From positions 620,001 to 684,000 of the forward strand of contig CM082582.2 in the NCBI GenBank assembly GCA_040954595.2: a stretch of 64,000 nucleotides of DNA, written 5' to 3'. Under the pieces are notes generated by a model. The model ran no database searches and was not told the origin of the DNA. It was given only the letters and a program-made list of their open reading frames with translations. The position numbers were made by a program, and so were the translations under genes. This document shows positions 9,746 to 24,700 of the stretch, piece after piece. This DNA comes from Balanoglossus misakiensis (lineage: Eukaryota > Animalia > Hemichordata). Position 1 is the stretch's first letter; the number at the start of each line of letters is the position of its first letter.

Positions 9746-12700
9746 CGACACTCTAGTACAAAGACGTTGGCTAAGTCGGGCGAACCGAAGAGGGAAAGTC
9801 ACAGCGGGTCAACACTCGACATTTGTTCGGGTAGGACTGCATTATTGCCTGTCAATTTATAGAGAAAGCCCGAATTTAACCAGGGCGTTTCAAACACCGA
9901 CGTTAGTTGGGGGCACGGCCTGCAGTACTGCCGGGTAAGCTGACATCGGCGTACCGAATATAATGTAGGAGGGGGGAACAGAACGGTTCAATACTACATT
10001 TATTAGATATCAGCTAACTTTGGACAATCATCTAAAATCTAAATCATTTTTTCATATTTGGATATCTGATGATGTATGAACTTTCCATTATATGTAAAAA
10101 TGGTGCTGATTATAAAAAATGCACTCTGAATGAGCTGATTTAATAAGAAATTGCGTTTTATTCGTTTTTGCACCAAAAAGGTCATTTTTAGGCAAAACAT
10201 TCTTTATTTTTTTAATTCGGTAACCTGATTATATATAAACAATTGCTTGTATGTTAAAAGTTTTCATGACTTTTAAAAGCAGTGACACTGGCGGCATTCA
10301 ACACGAAAATAACAATTTTAGCCACAATTTGGTCAAAATGGTAAATTTTTGAAAATTACAAAAAATACCTGTTTTCTACATTTTCGGAAATCTGATGGAG
10401 TATTGAATGCTCTTCGTATGTATATATCGATACAAATTCCACAAAAGACCGTCTAATTTGGCTCACTGCAGACAAAATTGCGTTTTACCAAATTTTCCTT
10501 GAAAATGTCATTTTTAGAAAAGCAAATAAAAAAACCTTTGTTCTTCGAATTTGGTGCCCTGATCATATATGTCATGTTGATTGTATGTTAAAATTTTCGA
10601 CCACTCCAAAAATGCAGAGATATTGACGGAATTCAAGAAAAAATAGCCATTTTGGCCATATTTTGACAAAAATGGTAAATTTTTAAAAAATCATAAAAAA
10701 TTAACTCTTTTCTTCATTTTCGGAAATATTATGGAGCATGAAGTGTCGTTCTCTTGTAAAAAGTGCTGCAAATTTCAGAAAAGGCGGTATAATTTGAATC
10801 ACCCAAGACAAAATTATCATTTTCGACTTTTTTTCGAAAAATTGTCTTTTTTACAAAATAAATAAGAATAAATTCTTTTCTTAGTTTCAAACGGGTAGAG
10901 ATACTTTCCACACGGGTTTTCTAACATTGAATTCCCGTTCATCAACTCAGATTTCCTACAGCATAAGTCGGCTAAAACCCTGACACTCTAGAGCAGAAAC
11001 AGTTGCACACTGGTAACGTTGAACAAGTCGATTTTTCTACAGCCTGGCTCGGCTAAATCTCCGTCACAATATGACAGACACTAGCGTACGTTAGCAACGG
11101 TGATCAAGTCAGATTTTCTACGGCATGGCTTGGATAAAGCCCCGGCAATCTAGAGCAGAAACACGCGTACAGAGACCACGTTGATCAAGTCTGATCTCCT
11201 ACGGCTTGGCTCGACTAAAACCCCGGCACACTATGACAGACACTAGCGTTCGCTAGCAACGTTGATCAAGTCAGATTTCCTACGGCATGGCTTGGCTAAA
11301 GCCCTGGCACTCTAGAGCAGAAACACGCGTACAGAGACCACATTGATCTACTCACATTTCCTTCGGCCTGGCACGGCTGATGCCCCGGCACTATATATGG
11401 GACACAGACTGGCGTAAGTTAACAACGGTAATCACGTCGGGTTTCCTACGGCCTGGATCAGTTGAAGCCCCGGCACTCTAGAGCAGAAACAGGCGTACAT
11501 TGACCACGTTGATCAAGTCAGATTTCCTATGGCGTGACTCGGCTGGTGCACCGGCTCTATATGACACACACTGGCGTAAGTTATCAACGGTGATTACGTC
11601 GGATTTCCTACGGCTTGGTTTAGCTGAAGCCCCGGCACTTTAGAGCGGAAACACGCGTACATTGACCACGATGATCAAGTCAGGTCTCCTACGGCCTGGC
11701 TCGACTAAAACCCCGGCACACCATGACAGACACTAGCGTTCGTTAGCAACGGTGATCAAGTCGGATTTCCTTCGGCCTGGCTCTGCAAAAGACCCGACAC
11801 TCTAGTACAAAGACGTTGGCTAAGTCGGGCAAACCGAAGAGGGAAAGTCACAGCGGGTCAACACTCGACATTTGTTCGGGTAGGACTGCATTATTGCCTG
11901 TCAATTTATAGAGAAAGCCCGAATTTAACCAGGGCGTTTCAAACACCGACGTTAGTTGGGGGCACGGCCTGCAGTACTGCCGGGTAAGCTGACATCGGCG
12001 TACCGCATATAATGTAGGGGGGGGACAGAACGGTTCAATACTACATTTATTAGATATCAGCTAATTTTGGACAATCATCTAAAATCTAAATCATTTTTTC
12101 ATATTTGGATATCTGATGATGTATGAAATTTCCATTATATGTAAAAATGGTGCTGATTATAAAAAATGCACTCTGAATGAGCTGATTTAATAAGAAATTG
12201 CGTTTTATTCGTTTTTGCACCAAAAAGGTCATTTTTAGTCAAACCATTCTTTATTTTTTTAATTCGGTGACCTGATCATATATAAACAATTGCTTGTATG
12301 TTAAAAGTTTTCATGACTTTTAAAAGCAGTGACACTGGCGGCATTCAACACGAAAATAACAATTTTAGCCACAATTTGGTCAAAATGGTAAATTTTTGAA
12401 AATTACAAAAAATACCTGTTTTCTACATTTTCGGAAATCTGATGGAGTATAGAATGCTCTTCGTATGTATATATCGATACAAATTCCACAAAAGACCGTC
12501 TAATTTGGCTCACTGCAGACAAAATTGCGTTTTACCAAATTTTCCTTGAAAATGTCATTGTTTGAAAAGCAAATAAAAAAACCTTTGTTCTTCGAATTTG
12601 GTGCCCTGATCATATATGTCATGTTGATTGTATGTTAAAATTTTCGACCACTCCAAAAATGCAGAGATATTGACGGAATTCAAGAAAAAATAGCCATTTT

Positions 12701-15700
12701 GGCCATATTTTGACAAAAATGGTAAATTTTTAAAAAATCATAAAAAATTAACTCTTTTCTTCATTTTCGGAAATATTATGGAGCATGAAGTGTCGTTCTC
12801 TTGTAAAAAGTGCTGCAAATTTCAGAAAAGGCGGTATAATTTGAATCACCCAAGACAAAATTATCATTTTCGACTTTTTTTTGAAAAATTGTCTTTTTTA
12901 CAAAATAAATAAGAATAAATTCTTTTCTTAGTTTCAAACGGGTAGAGATACTTTCCACACGGGTTTTCTAACATTGAATTCCCGTTCATCAACTCAGATT
13001 TCCTACAGCATAAGTCGGCTAAAACCCTGACACTCTAGAGCAGAAACAGTTGCACACTGGTAACGTTGAACAAGTCGATTTTTCTACGGCCTGGCTCGGA
13101 TAAATCTCCGTCACAATATGACAGACACTAGCGTACGTTAGCAACGGTGATCAAGTCAGATTTTCTACGGCATGGCTTGGATAAAGCCCCGGCAATCTAG
13201 AGCAGAAACACGCGTACAGAGACCACGTTGATCAAGTCTGATCTCCTACGGCTTGGCTCGACTAAAACCCCGGCACACTATGACAGACACTAGCGTTCGT
13301 TAGCAACGTTGATCAAGTCAGATTTCCTACGGCATGGCTTGGCTAAAGCCCTGGCACTCTAGAGCAGAAACACGTGTACAGAGACCACATTGATCTACTC
13401 ACATTTCCTTCGGCCTGGCACGGCTGATGCCCCGGCACTATATATGGGACACAGACTGGCGTAAGTTAACAACGGTAATCACGTCGGGTTTCCTACGGCC
13501 TGGATCAGCTGAAGCCCCGGCACTCTAGAGCAGAAACAGGCGTACATTGACCACGTTGATCAAGTCAGATTTCCTATGGCGTGACTCGGCTGGTGCACCG
13601 GCTCTATATGACACACACTGGCGTAAGTTATCAACGGTGATTACGTCGGATTTCCTACGGCTTGGTTTAGCTGAAGCCCCGGCACTTTAGAGCGGAAACA
13701 CGCGTACATTGACCACGATGATCAAGTCAGGTCTCCTACGGCCTGGCTCGACTAAAACCCCGGCACACCATGACAGACACTAGCGTTCGTTAGCAACGGT
13801 GATCAAGTCGGATTTCCTTCGGCCTGGCTCTGCAAAAGACCCGACACTCTAGTACAAAGACGTTGGCTAAGTCGGGCAAACCGAAGAGGGAAAGTCACAG
13901 CGGGTCAACACTCGACATTTGTTCGGGTAGGACTGCATTATTGCCTGTCAATTTATAGAGAAAGCCCGAATTTAACCAGGGCGTTTCAAACACCGACGTT
14001 AGTTGGGGGCACGGCCTGCAGTACTGCCGGGTAAGCTGACATCGGCGTACCGCATATAATGTAGGGGGGGGGGACAGAACGGTTCAATACTACATTTATT
14101 AGATATCAGCTAATTTTGGACAATCATCTAAAATCTAAATCATTTATTCATATTTGGATATCTGATGATGTATGAAATTTCCATTATATGTAAAAATGGT
14201 GCTGATTATAAAAAATGAACTCTGAATGAGCTGATTTAATACAAAATTGCGTTTTATTCGTTTTTGCACCAAAAAGGTCATTTTTAGTCAAACCATTCTT
14301 TATTTTTTTAATTCGGTGACCTGATCATATATAAACAATTGCTTGTATGTTAAAAGTTTTCATGACTTTTAAAAGCAGTGACACTGGCGGCATTCAACAC
14401 GAAAATAACAATTTTAGCCACAATTTGGTCAAAATAGTAAATTTTTGAAAATTACAAAAAATACCTGTTTTCTACATTTTCGGAAATCTGATGGAGTATA
14501 GAATGCTCTTCGTATGTATATATCGATACAAATTCCACAAAAGACCGTCTAATTTGGCTCACTGCAGACAAAATTGCGTTTTACCAAATTTTCCTTGAAA
14601 ATGTAATTTTTAGAAAAAAAAACATAAAAAAACATTTGTTCATCGAATTTGGTGCCCTGATCATATATGAAATGTTGATTGTATGTTAAAACTTTCGACC
14701 ACTCCAAAAATGCAGAGATATTGACGGAATTCATGAAAAAATAGCCATTTTGGCCATATTTTGACAAAATGGTACATTTTTAAAAAATCATAAAAAATAA
14801 ACTCTTTTCTTCATTTTCGGAAATATTATGGAGCATGAAGTGTCGTTCTCTTGTAAAAAGTTCTGCAAATTCCAGAAAAGGCGGTATAACTTGAAACACC
14901 CAAGACAAAATTACCATTTTCGACTTTTTTTCGAAAAATTGTCTTTTTTACAAAATAAATAAGAATAAATTCTTTTCTTAGTTTCAAACGGGTAAAGATA
15001 CTTTCCACACGGGTTTTCTAACATTGAATTCCCGTTCATCAACTCAGATTTCCTACAGCATAAGTCGGCTAAAACCCTGACACTCTAGAGCAGAAACAGT
15101 TGCACACTGGTAACGTTGAACAAGTCGATTTTTCTACGGCCTGGCTCGGCTAAATCTCCGTCACAATATGACAGACACTAGCGTACGTTAGCAACGGTGA
15201 TCAAGTCAGATTTTCTACGGCATGGCTTGGATAAAGCCCCGGCACTCTAGAGCAGAAACACGCGTACAGAGACCACGTTGATCAAGTCTGATCTCCTACG
15301 GCTTGGCTCGACTAAAACCCCGGCACACTATGACAGACACTAGCGTTCGTTAGCAACGTTGATCAAGTGAGATTTCCTACGGCATGGCTTGGCTAAAGCC
15401 CTGGCACTCTAGAGCAGAAACACGCGTACAGAGACCACGTTGATCTATTCACATTTTCTTCGGCCTGGCACGGCTGATTCCCCGGCACTATATATAGGAC
15501 ACAGACTGGCGTAAGTTAACAACGGTAATCACGTCGGGTTTCCTACGGCCTGGCTCAGCTGAAGCCCGGCACTCTAGAGCAGAAACAGGCGTACATTGAC
15601 CACGTTGATCAAGTCAGATTTCCTACGGCGTGACTCCGCTGGTGCACCGGCTCTATATGACACAGACTGGCGTAAGTTATCAACGGTGATTATGTCGGAT

Positions 15701-18700
15701 TTCCTACGGCCTGGGTTAGCTGAAGCCCCGGCACTTTCGAGCGGAAACACGCGTACATTGACCACGATGATCAAGTCAGATCTCCTACGGCCTGGCTCGA
15801 CTAAAACCCCGGCACACCATGACAGACACTAGCGTTCGTTAGCAACGGTGATCAAGTCGGATTTCCTTCGGCCTGGCTCTGCAAAAGACCCGACACTCTA
15901 GTACAAAGACGTTGGCTAAGTCGGGCGAACCGAAGAGGGAAAGTCACAGCGGGTCAACACTCGACATTTGTTCGGGTAGGACTGCATTATTGCCTGTCAA
16001 TTTATAGAGAAAGCCCGAATTTAACCAGGGTGTTTCAAACACCGACGTTAGTTGGGGGCACGGCCTGCAGTACTGCCGGTTAAGCTGTCATCGGCGTACC
16101 GAATATAATGTAGGAGGGGGGAACAGAACGGTTCAATACTACATTTATTAGATATCAGCTAATTTTGGACAATCATCTAAAATCTAAATCATTTTTTCAC
16201 ATTTGGATATCTGATGATGTATGAAATTTCCATTATATGTAAAAATGGTGCTGATTATAAAAAATGCACTCTGAATGAGCTGATTTAATACAAAATTGCG
16301 TTTTATTCGTTTTTGCACCAAAAAGGTCATTTTTAGGCAAAAAATTCTTTATTTTTTTAATTCGGTAACCTGATTATATATAAACAATTGCTTGTATGTT
16401 AAAAGTTTTCATGACTTTTAAAAGCAGTGACACTGGCGGCATTCAACACGAAAATAACAATTTTAGCCACAATTTGGTCAAAATGGTAAATTTTTGAAAA
16501 TTACAAAAAATACCTGTTTTCTACATTTTCGGAAATCTGATGGAGTATAGAATGCTCTTCGTATGTATATATCGATACAAATTCCACAAAAGACCGTCTA
16601 ATTTGGCTCACTGCAGACAAAATTGCGTTTTACCAAATTTTCCTTGAAAATGTAATTTTTAGAAAAAAAAACATAAAAAAACATTTGTTCATCGAATTTG
16701 GTGCCCTGATCATATATGAAATGTTGATTGTATGTTAAAACTTTCGACCACTCCAAAAATGCAGAGATATTGACGGAATTCATGAAAAAATAGCCATTTT
16801 GGCCATATTTTGACAAAATGGTACATTTTTAAAAAATCATAAAAAATAAACTCTTTTCTTCATTTTCGGAAATATTATGGAGCATGAAGTGTCGTTCTCT
16901 TGTAAAAAGTTCTGCAAATTCCAGAAAAGGCGGTATAACTTGAAACACCCAAGACAAAATTACCATTTTCGACTTTTTTTCGAAAAATTGTCTTTTTTAC
17001 AAAATAAATAAGAATAAATTCTTTTCTTAGTTTCAAACGGGTAAAGATACTTTCCACACGGGTTTTCTAACATTGAATTCCCGTTCATCAACTCAGATTT
17101 CCTACAGCATAAGTCGGCTAAAACCCTGACACTCTAGAGCAGAAACAGTTGCACACTGGTAACGTTGAACAAGTCGATTTTTCTACGGCCTGGCTCGGCT
17201 AAATCTCCGTCACAATATGACAGACACTAGCGTACGTTAGCAACGGTGATCAAGTCAGATTTTCTACGGCATGGCTTGGATAAAGCCCCGGCACTCTAGA
17301 GCAGAAACACGCGTACAGAGACCACGTTGATCAAGTCTGATCTCCTACGGCTTGGCTCGACTAAAACCCCGGCACACTATGACAGACACTAGCGTTCGTT
17401 AGCAACGTTGATCAAGTGAGATTTCCTACGGCATGGCTTGGCTAAAGCCCTGGCACTCTAGAGCAGAAACACGCGTACAGAGACCACGTTGATCTATTCA
17501 CATTTTCTTCGGCCTGGCACGGCTGATTCCCCGGCACTATATATAGGACACAGACTGGCGTAAGTTAACAACGGTAATCACGTCGGGTTTCCTACGGCCT
17601 GGCTCAGCTGAAGCCCGGCACTCTAGAGCAGAAACAGGCGTACATTGACCACGTTGATCAAGTCAGATTTCCTACGGCGTGACTCCGCTGGTGCACCGGC
17701 TCTATATGACACAGTCACAGACTGGCGTAAGTTATCAACGGTGATTATGTCGGATTTCCTACGGCCTGGGTTAGCTGAAGCCCCGGCACTTTCGAGCGGA
17801 AACACGCGTACATTGACCACGATGATCAAGGCAGATCTCCTACGGCCTGGCTCGACTAAAACCCCGGCACACCATGACAGACACTAGCGTTCGTTAGCAA
17901 CGGTGATCAAGTCGGATTTCCTTCGGCCTGGCTCTGCAAAAGACCCGACACTCTAGTACAAAGACGTTGGCTAAGTCGGGCGAACCGAAGAGGGAAAGTC
18001 ACAGCGGGTCAACACTCGACATTTGTTCGGGTAGGACTGCATTATTGCCTGTCAATTTATAGAGAAAGCCCGAATTTAACCAGGGTGTTTCAAACACCGA
18101 CGTTAGTTGGGGGCACGGCCTGCAGTACTGCCGGTTAAGCTGTCATCGGCGTACCGAATATAATGTAGGAGGGGGGAACAGAACGGTTCAATACTACATT
18201 TATTAGATATCAGCTAATTTTGGACAATCATCTAAAATCTAAATCATTTTTTCACATTTGGATATCTGATGATGTATGAAATTTCCATTATATGTAAAAA
18301 TGGTGCTGATTATAAAAAATGCACTCTGAATGAGCTGATTTAATACAAAATTGCGTTTTATTCGTTTTTGCACCAAAAAGGTCATTTTTAGGCAAAAAAT
18401 TCTTTATTTTTTTAATTCGGTAACCTGATTATATATAAACAATTGCTTGTATGTTAAAAGTTTTCATGACTTTTAAAAGCAGTGACACTGGCGGCATTCA
18501 ACACGAAAATAACAATTTTAGCCACAATTTGGTCAAAATGGTAAATTTTTGAAAATTACAAAAAATACCTGTTTTCTACATTTTCGGAAATCTGATGGAG
18601 TATAGAATGCTCTTCGTATGTATATATCGATACAAATTCCACAAAAGACCGTCTAATTTGGCTCACTGCAGACAAAATTGCGTTTTACCAAATTTTCCTT

Positions 18701-21700
18701 GAAAATGTCATTTTTAGAAAAAAAAACATAAAAAAACTTTGTTCATCGAATTTGGTGCCCTGATCATATATGAAATGTTGATTGTATGTTAAAATTTTCG
18801 ACCACTCCAAAAATGCAGAGATATTGACGGAATTCAAGAAAAAATAGCCATTTTGGCCATATTTTGACAAAATGGTACATTTTTAAAAAATCATAAAAAA
18901 TAAACTCTTTTCTTCATTTTCGGAAATATTATGGAGCATGAAGTGTCGTTCTCTTGTAAAAAGTTCTGCAAATTCCAGAAAAGGCGGTATAACTTGAATC
19001 ACCCAAGACAAAATTACCATTTTCGACTTTTTTTCGAAAAATTGTCTTTTTTACAAAATAAATAAGAATAAATTCTTTTCTTAGTTTCAAACGGGTAAAG
19101 ATACTTTCCACACGGGTTTTCTAACATTGAATTCCCGTTCATCAACTCAGATTTCCTACAGCATAAGTCGGCTAAAACCCTGACACTCTAGAGCAGAAAC
19201 AGTTGCACACTGGTAACGTTGAACAAGTCGATTTTTCTACGCCTGGCTCGGCTAAATCTCCGTCACAATATGACAGACACTAGCGTACGTTAGCAACGGT
19301 GATCAAGTCAGATTTTCTACGGCATGGCTTGGATAAAGCCCCGGCACTCTAGAGCAGAAACACGCGTACAGAGACCACGTTGATCAAGTCTGATCTCCTA
19401 CGGCTTGGCTCGACTAAAACCCCGGCACACTATGACAGACACTAGCGTTCGTTAGCAACGTTGATCAAGTGAGATTTCCTACGGCATGGCTTGGCTAAAG
19501 CCCTGGCACTCTAGAGCAGAAACACGCGTACAGACACCACGTTGATCTACTCACATTTTCTTCGGCCTGGCACGGCTGATTCCCCGGCACTATATATAGG
19601 ACACAGACTGGCGTAAGTTAACAACGGTAATCACGTCGGGTTTCCTACGGCCTGGCTCAGCTGAAGCCCGGCACTCTAGAGCAGAAACAGGCGTACATTG
19701 ACCACGTTGATCAAGTCAGATTTCCTACGGCGTGACTCCGCTGGTGCACCGGCTCTATATGACACAGACTGGCGTAAGTTATCAACGGTGATTACGTCGG
19801 ATTACCTACGGCCTGGGTTAGCTGAAGCCCCGGCACTTTCGAGCGGAAACACTCGTACATTGACCACGATGATCAAGTCAGATCTCCTACGGCCTGGCTC
19901 GACTAAAACCCCGGCACACCATGACAGACACTAGCGTTCGTTAGCAACGGTGATCAAGTCGGATTTCCTTCGGCCTGGCTCTGCAAAAGACCCGACACTC
20001 TAGTACAAAGACGTTGGCTAAGTCGGGCGAACCGAAGAGGGAAAGTCACAGCGGGTCAACACTCGACATTTGTTCGGGTAGGACTGCATTATTGCCTGTC
20101 AATTTATAGAGAAAGCCCAAATTTAACCAGGGTGTTTCAAACACCGACGTTAGTTGGGGGCACGGCCTGCAGTACTGCCGGGTAAGCTGACATCGGCGTA
20201 CCGAATATAATGTAGAAGGGGGAACAGAACGGTTCAATACTACATTTATTAGATATCAGCTAATTTTGGACAATCATCTAAAATCTAAATCATTTTTTCA
20301 TATTTGGATATCTCATGATGTATGAAATTTCCATTATATGTAAAAATGGTGCTGATTATAAAAAATGCACTCTGAATGAGCTGATTTAATAAGAAATTGC
20401 GTTTTATTCGTTTTTGCACCAAAAAGGTCATTTTTAGGCAAAAAATTCTTTATTTTTTTTTAATTCGGTAACCTGATTATATATAAACAATTGCTTGTAT
20501 GTTAAAAGTTTTCATGACTTTTAAAAGCAGTGACACTGGCGGCATTCAAAACGAAAATAACAATTTTAGCCACAATTTGGTCAAAATGGTAAATTTTTGA
20601 AAATTACAAAAAATACCTGTTTTCTACATTTTCGGAAATCTGATGGAGTATAGAATGCTCTTCGTATGTATATATCGATACAAATTCCACAAAAGACCGT
20701 CTAATTTGGCTCACTGCAGACAAAATTGCGTTTTACCAAATTTTCCTTGAAAATGTCATTTTTAGAAAAAAAAACATAAAAAAACCGTTGTTCATCGAAT
20801 TTGGTGCCCTGATCATATATGAAATGTTGATTGTATGTTAACACTTTCGACCACTCCAAAAATGCAGAGATATTGACGGAATTCAAGAAAAAATAGCCAT
20901 TTTGGCCATATTTTGACAAAATGGTACATTTTTAAAAAATCATAAAAAATAAACTCTTTTCTTCATTTTCGGAAATATTATGGAGCATGAAGTGTCGTTC
21001 TCTTGTAAAAAGTTCTGCAAATTCCAGAAAAGGCGGTATAACTTGAATCACCCAAGACAAAATTACCATTTTCGACTTTTTTTCGAAAAATTGTCTTTTT
21101 TACAAAATAAATAAGAATAAATTCTTTTCTTAGTTTCAAACGGGTAAAGATACTTTCCACACGGGTTTTCTAACATTGAATTCCCGTTCATCAACTCAGA
21201 TTTCCTACAGCATAAGTCGGCTAAAACCCTGACACTCTAGAGCAGAAACAGTTGCACACTGGTAACGTTGAACAAGTCGATTTTTCTACGGCCTGGCTCG
21301 GCTAAATCTCCGTCACAATATGACAGACACTAGCGTACGTTAGCAACGGTGATCAAGTCAGATTTTCTACGGCATGGCTTGGATAAAGCCCCGGCACTCT
21401 AGAGCAGAAACACGCGTACAGAGACCACCTTGATCAAGTCTGATCTCCTACGGCTTGGCTCGACTAAAACCCCGGCACACTATGACAGACACTAGCGTTC
21501 GTTAGCAACGTTGATCAAGTGAGATTTCCTACGGCATGGCTTGGCTAAAGCCCTGGCACTCTAGAGCAGAAACACGCGTACAGAGACCACGTTGATCTAC
21601 TCACATTTTCTTCGGCCTGGCACGGCTGATTCCCCGGCACTATATATAGGACACAGACTGGCGTAAGTTAACAACGGTAATCACGTCGGGTTTCCTACGG

Positions 21701-24700
21701 CCTGGCTCAGCTGAAGCCCGGCACTCTAGAGCAGAAACAGGCGTACATTGACCACGTTGATCAAGTCAGATTTCCTACGGCGTGACTCCGCTGGTGCACC
21801 GGCTCTATATGACACAGACTGGCGTAAGTTATCAACGGTGATTACGTCGGATTTCCTACGGCCTGGGTTAGCTGAAGCCCCGGCACTTTCGAGCGGAAAC
21901 ACGCGTACATTGACCACGATGCTCAAGTCAGATCTCCTACGGCCTGGCTCGACTAAAACCCCGGCACACCATGACAGACACTAGCGTTCGTTAGCAACGG
22001 TGATCAAGTCGGATTTCCTTCGGCCTGGCTCTGCAAAAGACCCGACAGGCGACACTCTAGTACAAAGACGTTGGCTAAGTCGGGCGAACCGAAGAGGGAA
22101 AGTCACAGCGGGTCAACACTCGACATTTGTTCGGGTAGGACTGCATTATTGCCTGTCAATTTATAGAGAAAGCCCGAATTTAACCAGGGTGTTTCAAACA
22201 CCGACGTTAGTTGGGGGCACGGCCTGCAGTACTGCCGGGTAAGCTGACATCGGCGTACCGAATATAATGTAGGAGGGGGGAACAGAACGGTTCAATACTA
22301 CATTTATTAGATATCAGCTAATTTTGGACAATCATCTAAAATCTAAATCATTTTTTCATATTTGGATATCTGATGATGTATGAAATTTCCATTATATGTA
22401 AAAATGGTGCTGATTATAAAAAATGCACTCTGAATGAGCTGATTTAATAAGAAATTGCGTTTTATTCGTTTTTGCACCAAAAAGGTCATTTTTAGGCAAA
22501 ACATTCTTTATTTTTTTTAATTCGGTAACCTGTTTATATATAAACAATTGCTTGTATGTTAAAAGTTTTCATGACTTTTAAAAGCAGTGACACTGGCGGC
22601 ATTCAACACGAAAATAACAATTTTAGCCACAATTTGGTCAAAATGGTAAATTTTTGAAAATTACAAAAAATACCTGTTTTCTACATTTTCGGAAATCTGA
22701 TGGAGTATAGAATGCTCTTCGTATGTATATATCGATACAAATTCCACAAAAGACCGTCTAATTTGGCTCACTGCAGACAAAATTGCGTTTTACCAAATTT
22801 TCCTTGAAAATGTCATTTTTAGAAAAGCAAATAAAAAAACCTTTGTTCTTCGAATTTGGTGCCCTGATCATATATGACATGTTGATTGTATGTTAAAATT
22901 TTCGACCACTCCAAAAATGCAGAGATATTGACGGAATTCAAGAAAAAATAGCCATTTTGGCCATATTTTGACAAAAATGGTAAATTTTTAAAAAATCATA
23001 AAAAATTAACTCTTTTCTTCATTTTCGGAAATATTATGGAGCATGAAGTGTCGTTCTCTTGTAAAAAGTGCTGCAAATTTCAGAAAAGGCGGTATAATTT
23101 GAATCACCCAAGACAAAATTACCATTTTCGACTTTTTTTCGAAAAATTGTCTTTTTTACAAAATAAATAAGAATAAATTCCTTTCTTAGTTTCAAACGGG
23201 TAGAGATACTTTCCACGCGGGTTTTCTAACATTGAATTCCCGTTCATCAACTCAGATTTCCTGCAGCATAAGTCGGCTAAAACCCTGACACTCTAGAGCA
23301 GAAACAGTTGCACACTGGTAACGTTGAACAAGTCGATTTTTCTACGGCCTGGCTCGGCTAAATCTCCGTCACAATATGACAGACACTAGCGTACGTTAGC
23401 AACGGTGATCAAGTCAGATTTTCTACGGCATGGCTTGGATAAACCCCCGGCAATCTAGAGCAGAAACACGCGTACAGAGACCACGTTGATCAAGTCTGAT
23501 CTCCTACGGCTTGGCTCGACTAAAACCCCGGCACACTATGACAGACACTAGCATTCATTAGCAACGTTGATCAAGTCAGATTTCCTACGGCATGGCTTGG
23601 CTAAAGCCCTGGCACTCTAGAGCAGAAACACGCGTACAGAGACCACGTTGATCTACTCACATTTCCTTCGGCCTGGCACGGCTGATGCCCCGGCACTATA
23701 TATAGGACACAGACTAGCGTAAGTTAACAACGGTAATCACGTCGGGTTTCCTACGGCCTGGCTCAGCTGAAACCCCGGCACTATAGAGCAGAAACAGGCG
23801 TACATTGACCACGTTGATCAAGTCAGATTTCCTACGGCGTGACTCGGCTGGTGCACCGGCTCTATATGACACAGACTGGCGTAAGTTATCAACGGTGATT
23901 ACGTCGGATTTCCTACGGCCTGGTTTAGCTGAAGCCCCGGCTCTTTAGAGCGGAAACACGCGTACATTGACCACGATGATCAAGTCAGATCTCCTACGGC
24001 CTGGCTCGACTAAAACCCCGGCACACCATCACAGACACTAGCGTTCGTTAGCAACGGTGATCAAGTCGGATTTCCTTCGGCCTGGCTCTGCAAAAGACCC
24101 GACACTCTAGTACAAAGACGTTGGCTAAGTCGGGCAAACCGAAGAGGGAAAGTCACAGCGGGTCAATACTCGACATTTGTTCGGGTAGGACTGCATTATT
24201 GCCTATCAATTTATAGAAAAGCCCGAATTTAACCAGGGCGTTTCAAACACCGACGTTAGTTGGGGGCACGGCCTGCAGTACTGTCGGGTAAGCTGACATC
24301 GGCGTACCGCATATAATGTAGGGGGGGGGACAGAACGGTTCAATACTACATTTATTAGATATCAGCTAATTTTGGACAATCATCTAAAATCTAAATCATG
24401 TTTTCATATTTGGATATCTGATGATGTATGAAATTTCCATTTTATGTAAAAATGGTGCTGATAATAAAAAATGCACTCTGAATGAGCTGATTTAATACAA
24501 AATTGCGTTTTATTCGTTTTTGCACCAAAAAGGTCATTTTTAGGCAAAATATTCTTTATTTTTTTAATTCGGTGACCTGATCATATACATGTATAAACAA
24601 TTGCTTGTATGTTAAACGTTTTTATGACTTTTAAAAGCAGTGACACTGGCGGCATTCAACACGAAAATAACAATTTTAGCCACAATTTGGTCAAAATGGT

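Noticed and set aside
12100-12150. Hammerhead ribozyme core (CTGATGA-TGTAT-GAAA) in each unit
   Set aside because: Stem II cannot close (U-U), stem III would be 2 bp, stem I only 4 A-U pairs, and the cleavage triplet would be AUU. The CTGAT motif is explained by the 165-bp monomer. An Infernal search or cleavage assay would settle it.
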